11,066 nucleotides of DNA from Nitrospirota bacterium. Lineage in GTDB: Bacteria > Nitrospirota > UBA9217. Numbering within the stretch: position 1 is the first letter of the stretch; the number at the start of each line of letters is the position of its first letter. Positions 7,302 to 11,066 of the stretch are shown piece after piece. The notes beneath the pieces were generated by a model, which saw only the letters and a program-made list of their open reading frames with translations, searched no databases and had not been told where the DNA came from. Made by a program: the position numbers and the translations under genes. The stretch lies in contig JAOUEV010000089.1 of the NCBI GenBank assembly GCA_029858565.1, forward strand, positions 1 to 11,066. Reading direction: 5' to 3'.

Positions 7302-7330
7302 TGGCATGCTGCTGGCATGCTGGCATGCTG
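7301..7330 (+). repeat. 8/11-bp tandem repeat abutting the second RAYT end motif
   Basis: CTGGCATGCTG CTGGCATG CTGGCATGCTG, starting at the last C of AGACCTGACCC. Confidence 0.9.
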
Positions 7331-7343
7331 TACGCCCGCCCCG

Positions 7344-9236
7344 TCATTCCCGCTTCCCCGGCTCCTCCACGAAGTATGCCGAATCCCAGCCTGCGTCCAC
7401 GTGCTCGGGATGGTCCCGCAGCTCGGCAAGGAGCAACTGCTCGAGGTCCTCGATCTTCCGGCGCGCCTCGGTGATGTAGCCGCCGGCGTCATGGCGCAGG
7501 TGGCGGAGCTCCCGGACCGCATGTTCATCGTGCTGCCGGAAGGTCATGGCAGCCCGGTGCGCCTGGTGGGCGCGGAACCCGAGCGCGCGCAGCGTGTCGA
7601 CGCCGGCGCGGAGCGAGGTGTCGAGCGTTTCGCGGTACACGTGCTGCACGCCCGCGTCGAGCAGCTCGTAGGCCTGGGTCCGGTCCGTTGCCCGGGCAAA
7701 GAGGACCAGGTGGGGAAAGTGCTTCTTCGCCGTATGGACCATGTGGAGCACCTTCTCCGGTTCATCGACCGCGAGGACGAACACCTTCGCCTCCTCTGCG
7801 CCGGCGGCATGCAGCAGGTCGCTGCGCGATGCGTCGCCGTAGAAGACCTTGAGCCCCAGCTTGCGAAGGAGTTCGGCCTTGTCGGAGTCGAGCTCCAGCA
7901 CGGTCACGCCGATGCCGTTTGCCCGCAGCAGCCTGCCGATGATGCTGCCGAACCCGCCGAATCCCGCGATGATGACGGGGTTCTTCACATCGATGGCGTC
8001 GGCGGCGCGCTCCGCCCCGGCGCGGGCGCCGAACCGGGGCAGGACCAGCTTCTCGTTCAGCAGCAGCACGAGCGGCGTCAGGGCCATGGACAGGGCCACG
8101 GCGCCGACAAGGGGATCGGCGACCGCGGACGTCATGACCCGGTTCTGGACCGCGAAGGAGAAGAGCACAAAGGCGAACTCGCCGCCCTGGGCCAGGGACG
8201 CGGCAAAGAGCACGTTCTGGTCCGCGCCCATCCGGAAGGCCCTGCCAAGGGCCAGGATCACGAGGAACTTGACCAGGACCAGCCCGGCGACGAGCAGGGC
8301 GATCAGCATTGGCCGCGACGCGACGAGCTGGAAATCGATGGCCGCGCCCACGGCGATGAAGAACAGGCCGAGCAGCAGGCCCTTGAACGGCTCGATGTCG
8401 CTTTCGAGCTCGTGCCGGTACTCGCTGTTCGCCAGGACCACGCCGGCCAGGAACGTGCCGAGCGCGGGGCTCAGCCCGATCTTGGTCATGAGCAGGGCGA
8501 TCCCGATCACGAGCAGCAGGGCGGCGGCGGTGAAGATCTCCCGCAGCCGGGTCCGCGCGATGGCCCGGAACAGGGGCCGGACCAGGAAGAGGCCGGCGAT
8601 CACGATGGCGGTGATCACGGCCAGGACCACGAGGGTGTGGGCCCATTCGGGCAGGGTCTCGACCCAGGCGGCGGACGCGGATGCGTGGCCGGCCTGGCCC
8701 CCGGCGCCCGGGTCATTCCCGGCAAGGAGCGGCATGATCGCGAGCATGGGAATGACCGCGATGTCCTGGAACAGGAGCACCGAGAAGGTGCTCTGGCCCG
8801 CGTCGGTCCGCATCAGGCCTTTTTCGTTCAGGGTCTGGAGCACGATGGCCGTGGAGGAGAGCGAGAGGATCATGCCTGCCGCGAGCGCGGTGGGGAACGG
8901 CAGTCCCAGGGCCATGCCAACGAGGCCGATCGCGAGCGTCGTCGCAACGACCTGGAGCCCGCCCATCCCCAGGATGGGACCCCGCAGCCGCCAGAGCATC
9001 TGGGGCTGGAGCTCAAGGCCGATCAGGAAGAGCATCATGATCACGCCGAACTCGGCGAAATGCATCACGTCCTGGCCTTCCTCGCCGATCAGGCCGAGGC
9101 CGTAGGGCCCGATGATCGCTCCCGCGATCAGATAGCCGAGCACCGATCCCAGCCCGAGGCGCTTGGCAATGGGGACCGAGATCACGGCCGCGGCAAGGTA
9201 GACGAGCGCCTGAAAGAAAAAGTCTTCTCCGTGCAT
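7344..9236 (-). CDS. kefC: KefB/KefC-type potassium efflux protein (CPA2 antiporter with KTN domain)
   Basis: VPIAKRLGLGSVLGYLIAG, LSLSSTAIV, VLLFQDIA, YRHELESDIEPFKGLLLGLFF, KTN VIIAGFGGFG and VFYGDA. Start moved to the ATG at 9236 (GGAAAGGGA RBS, just after the upstream stop). KefB versus KefC cannot be resolved by eye. Confidence 0.93.
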   Translation of the reverse strand: MHGEDFFFQALVYLAAAVISVPIAKRLGLGSVLGYLIAGAIIGPYGLGLIGEEGQDVMHFAEFGVIMMLFLIGLELQPQMLWRLRGPILGMGGLQVVATTLAIGLVGMALGLPFPTALAAGMILSLSSTAIVLQTLNEKGLMRTDAGQSTFSVLLFQDIAVIPMLAIMPLLAGNDPGAGGQAGHASASAAWVETLPEWAHTLVVLAVITAIVIAGLFLVRPLFRAIARTRLREIFTAAALLLVIGIALLMTKIGLSPALGTFLAGVVLANSEYRHELESDIEPFKGLLLGLFFIAVGAAIDFQLVASRPMLIALLVAGLVLVKFLVILALGRAFRMGADQNVLFAASLAQGGEFAFVLFSFAVQNRVMTSAVADPLVGAVALSMALTPLVLLLNEKLVLPRFGARAGAERAADAIDVKNPVIIAGFGGFGSIIGRLLRANGIGVTVLELDSDKAELLRKLGLKVFYGDASRSDLLHAAGAEEAKVFVLAVDEPEKVLHMVHTAKKHFPHLVLFARATDRTQAYELLDAGVQHVYRETLDTSLRAGVDTLRALGFRAHQAHRAAMTFRQHDEHAVRELRHLRHDAGGYITEARRKIEDLEQLLLAELRDHPEHVDAGWDSAYFVEEPGKRE

Positions 9237-9250
9237 GGTTCCCTTTCCGG

Positions 9251-9871
9251 TTACTTCCTGATCACCGCGTCGAGGTCCGTGTTCAGCCGCGGGAACGACC
9301 GGGCAGCCTCCCAGTCGATCCGGTTGTCCCGGACCGCCTCGATCACCCGCCGGTAGTCGTCGGCATGGCGGCCGATCTCGGGCCCGGTCAGCTCGTTCGT
9401 GCCGTGGATCACAAAGGGCGGCAGGTATTCCATCCCGCAGATGCGCGCAAGCTGCTCCACCGGCTCGAGGTACTCCCTGATGGTGCACCGGTTGAAGCCT
9501 TCCCTGCAGAAGAGCGACTCCCGGCCGCCCGTGGACAGGGCGCTCATCAGCTTCTTTCCCCGCAGCGCGACCCCTTCCTTGCCGTAGGCCCATTTGTGCT
9601 CCAGCACGAGCTCTTCCCACATCTTGAGCAGCGCGGGGACGCTGAACCAGTAGAGAGGGTACTGGAACACGATGATGTCGTGTTGGTCCAGGAGGTCCTG
9701 CTCGCGCCGGACGTCGATGTGAAAGTCCGGATAGGCCTCGTACAGGTCGTGGAAGGTGACGCCCTCCAGGTCCCGGACGGCATGCATCAGCTGCCGGTTC
9801 ACCCGCGACTTCTGGAGCGCGGGATGGGCGAAGAGGATCAGGACAGAATGTGCGAAGGGTCGTTCGTTCAT
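9251..9871 (-). CDS. kefG: KefG/KefF-type flavodoxin-fold NAD(P)H oxidoreductase, Kef ancillary protein
   Basis: LILFAHP...SRVN, HDLYEAYPDFHIDVRREQ, IVFQYPLYWFSVPALLKMW, LRGKK, STGG. Directly upstream of the Kef transporter, as in kefGB/kefFC operons. Confidence 0.9.
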   Translation of the reverse strand: MNERPFAHSVLILFAHPALQKSRVNRQLMHAVRDLEGVTFHDLYEAYPDFHIDVRREQDLLDQHDIIVFQYPLYWFSVPALLKMWEELVLEHKWAYGKEGVALRGKKLMSALSTGGRESLFCREGFNRCTIREYLEPVEQLARICGMEYLPPFVIHGTNELTGPEIGRHADDYRRVIEAVRDNRIDWEAARSFPRLNTDLDAVIRK

Positions 9872-9882
9872 AGAGCCACGCT

Positions 9883-9923
9883 GGTCAGGTCGGTGCGGTT
9901 CTCTCCCGACCGGGGTCAGGTCT
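9883..9923 (+). repeat. Free-standing copy of the RAYT end motif plus a partial duplicate
   Basis: GGGGTCAGGTCT (9912-9923) and GGTCAGGTC (9883-9891) in the intergenic region upstream of kefG. Confidence 0.7.
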
Positions 9924-10011
9924 TTACTGTTAGCATCAATTGCCCGGTCCAGGGCACTGACTTGCTGTGAGCACCAGTTACTTCTGCCAAGGGATTCCTG
10001 CTCTTCCCCCC

Positions 10012-11007
10012 TCAGCTTCCCTCGGAAACGGTCAGATCCACCACCACGTCCCTGATGTCCTGGGCCTGGGTGCGGATATCCTTGTCCACTGATTCCCCGG
10101 GGTTCAGGCGGACCGTGAGCCCTTCCATGGTGGAGTCATCCACCCAGCCGCCGCCCTGGTTCATCTTCCATTTGACCGAGTACTTGCACCGGGCCGTTGC
10201 TGTTGTGCTGTTGTTGGTGAAGCGCACGATGATGTACTTTCCCTCGACCTTGTAGGAGGCTGAGACAAGAGCGGACGATCCGTTCTTGACCGGGTTCCAT
10301 CCCTTTTGCGCGGGAGCGGGCTTTGCTGCAGCGCTCTTTTCCTTTTTTGCTGCTGCCGGCCGCGCTTTTTCCACGGCCTTTTCTTCCGCTGTTGCGCTGC
10401 TGTCCCCTGCGGCCTTGCTTGTTCCTTTCTCTGCTGCTGCAGCCGGCTTTTTCACAGGCGCTTTTTTCTTGTCCTTTTTCTTGTCCTTTTTCTTATCCTT
10501 TTTCTTGTCAGCAGATACCTGCGGAGCAGTTGCCACGGTGATCCCTGCTGCGCTGCTCGCGCCCGGGGCGCCGTTGCAGAGGTATTCCGTGAACAGGACC
10601 TCGGCAGGTTCAAGCAGGTTGTTCCTGTTCCCGTCAGCACCGGACAGGACCTTCAGGCCGCCTGCAGGGCAGTGCGCTGTGCCTGAGGGTTCGGACGCGA
10701 TCATGACCAGCGAGAGCAGATCCCCGGGCTTTCCCTCTTCAGCGACCGGAACGCAGACCGGCTCGCCCTTCTGCACCTCGGCAGCGTCCAGAATGCCGTT
10801 GTTGTTCCCGTCGCTTCCCGAATAGATGCCGATCCCCCCGCCGGGACAGAGCTGGCTGCCTGCCGGCAGGAGCGTTGTGGTGGCTGCTGATGACGGGCCC
10901 AGTGTTGAGAGATCAGGCCCTTCAGCCCCTTTCTTGCACCCCGCGCTCGGAACGACCGTGACCAACAGAACCGCGATCAAAAGCCCGGACCCTTTTCTCA
11001 TTGCCAT
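10012..11007 (-). CDS. Putative lipoprotein with two Cys-bounded repeats, a Lys/Ala-rich linker and a C-terminal beta-rich domain
   Basis: AAGGGGGG RBS. Signal peptide ending SAG-C24 (lipobox-like). Repeats CPGGG...GSDGNNNGILDAAEV...C and CPAGG...GADGNRNNLLEPAEV...CNG. Confidence 0.85.
   Translation of the reverse strand: MAMRKGSGLLIAVLLVTVVPSAGCKKGAEGPDLSTLGPSSAATTTLLPAGSQLCPGGGIGIYSGSDGNNNGILDAAEVQKGEPVCVPVAEEGKPGDLLSLVMIASEPSGTAHCPAGGLKVLSGADGNRNNLLEPAEVLFTEYLCNGAPGASSAAGITVATAPQVSADKKKDKKKDKKKDKKKAPVKKPAAAAEKGTSKAAGDSSATAEEKAVEKARPAAAKKEKSAAAKPAPAQKGWNPVKNGSSALVSASYKVEGKYIIVRFTNNSTTATARCKYSVKWKMNQGGGWVDDSTMEGLTVRLNPGESVDKDIRTQAQDIRDVVVDLTVSEGS
10462..10509 (-). repeat. 12-bp coding tandem repeat x4 encoding (DKKK)4
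   Basis: Plus-strand units TTTTTTCTTGTC, CTTTTTCTTGTC, CTTTTTCTTATC, CTTTTTCTTGTC. Confidence 0.9.
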
Positions 11008-11066
11008 CCCCCCTTGAGATCAAGAAGTCATAATCAGCAGTTTGCGATCAGCTGCCGAGGATCTTT

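Noticed and set aside
6925-7347. 140-aa minus-strand ORF, and 7139..7528
   Set aside because: Chimeric read-through of the frameshifted RAYT fragment, not independent genes.
7317-9356. 679-aa plus-strand ORF and other long overlapping ORFs (7849..9105, 7762..8646)
   Set aside because: Shadow frames of the very GC-rich kefC gene, which has clear family motifs.
9237-9620. N-terminal extension of the Kef ORF given in the track (also the extensions of mcp to 5407 and cheW to 3526)
   Set aside because: They overlap kefG or regulatory DNA, and downstream ATGs with good RBSs match the family N-termini.
9941-9956. TGCCC/GGGCA hairpin downstream of the lipoprotein gene as a terminator
   Set aside because: 5-bp stem with no poly-U on the minus strand; insufficient support.

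Overview
GC-rich bacterial window in which every credible gene is on the minus strand; the gene content resembles Nitrospirota or Deltaproteobacteria (inference only). From right to left it holds a lipoprotein with two Cys-bounded repeats, a kefG/kefC-type K+ efflux pair, a truncated and mutated 257-bp copy of the 5' end of a RAYT gene, an NtrC-family sigma54 response regulator, a sigma54 promoter driving mcp-cheW-hypothetical, an intact REP-associated tyrosine transposase (RAYT, Y1 HUH), and two unknown membrane proteins. The most interesting signal is the RAYT end motif. It is non-palindromic (GAAAGTAGACCTGACCC), forms 14-bp inverted repeats around the intact gene, and recurs as a free-standing intergenic copy. 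At both right-end copies it is followed, in the same register, by a short tandem amplification of unrelated local DNA (CTT[T/A]TATGCG x3; CTGGCATG(CTG) x3). This suggests an HUH-driven, motif-anchored local duplication process. All alignments and counts were done by eye and no databases were searched.
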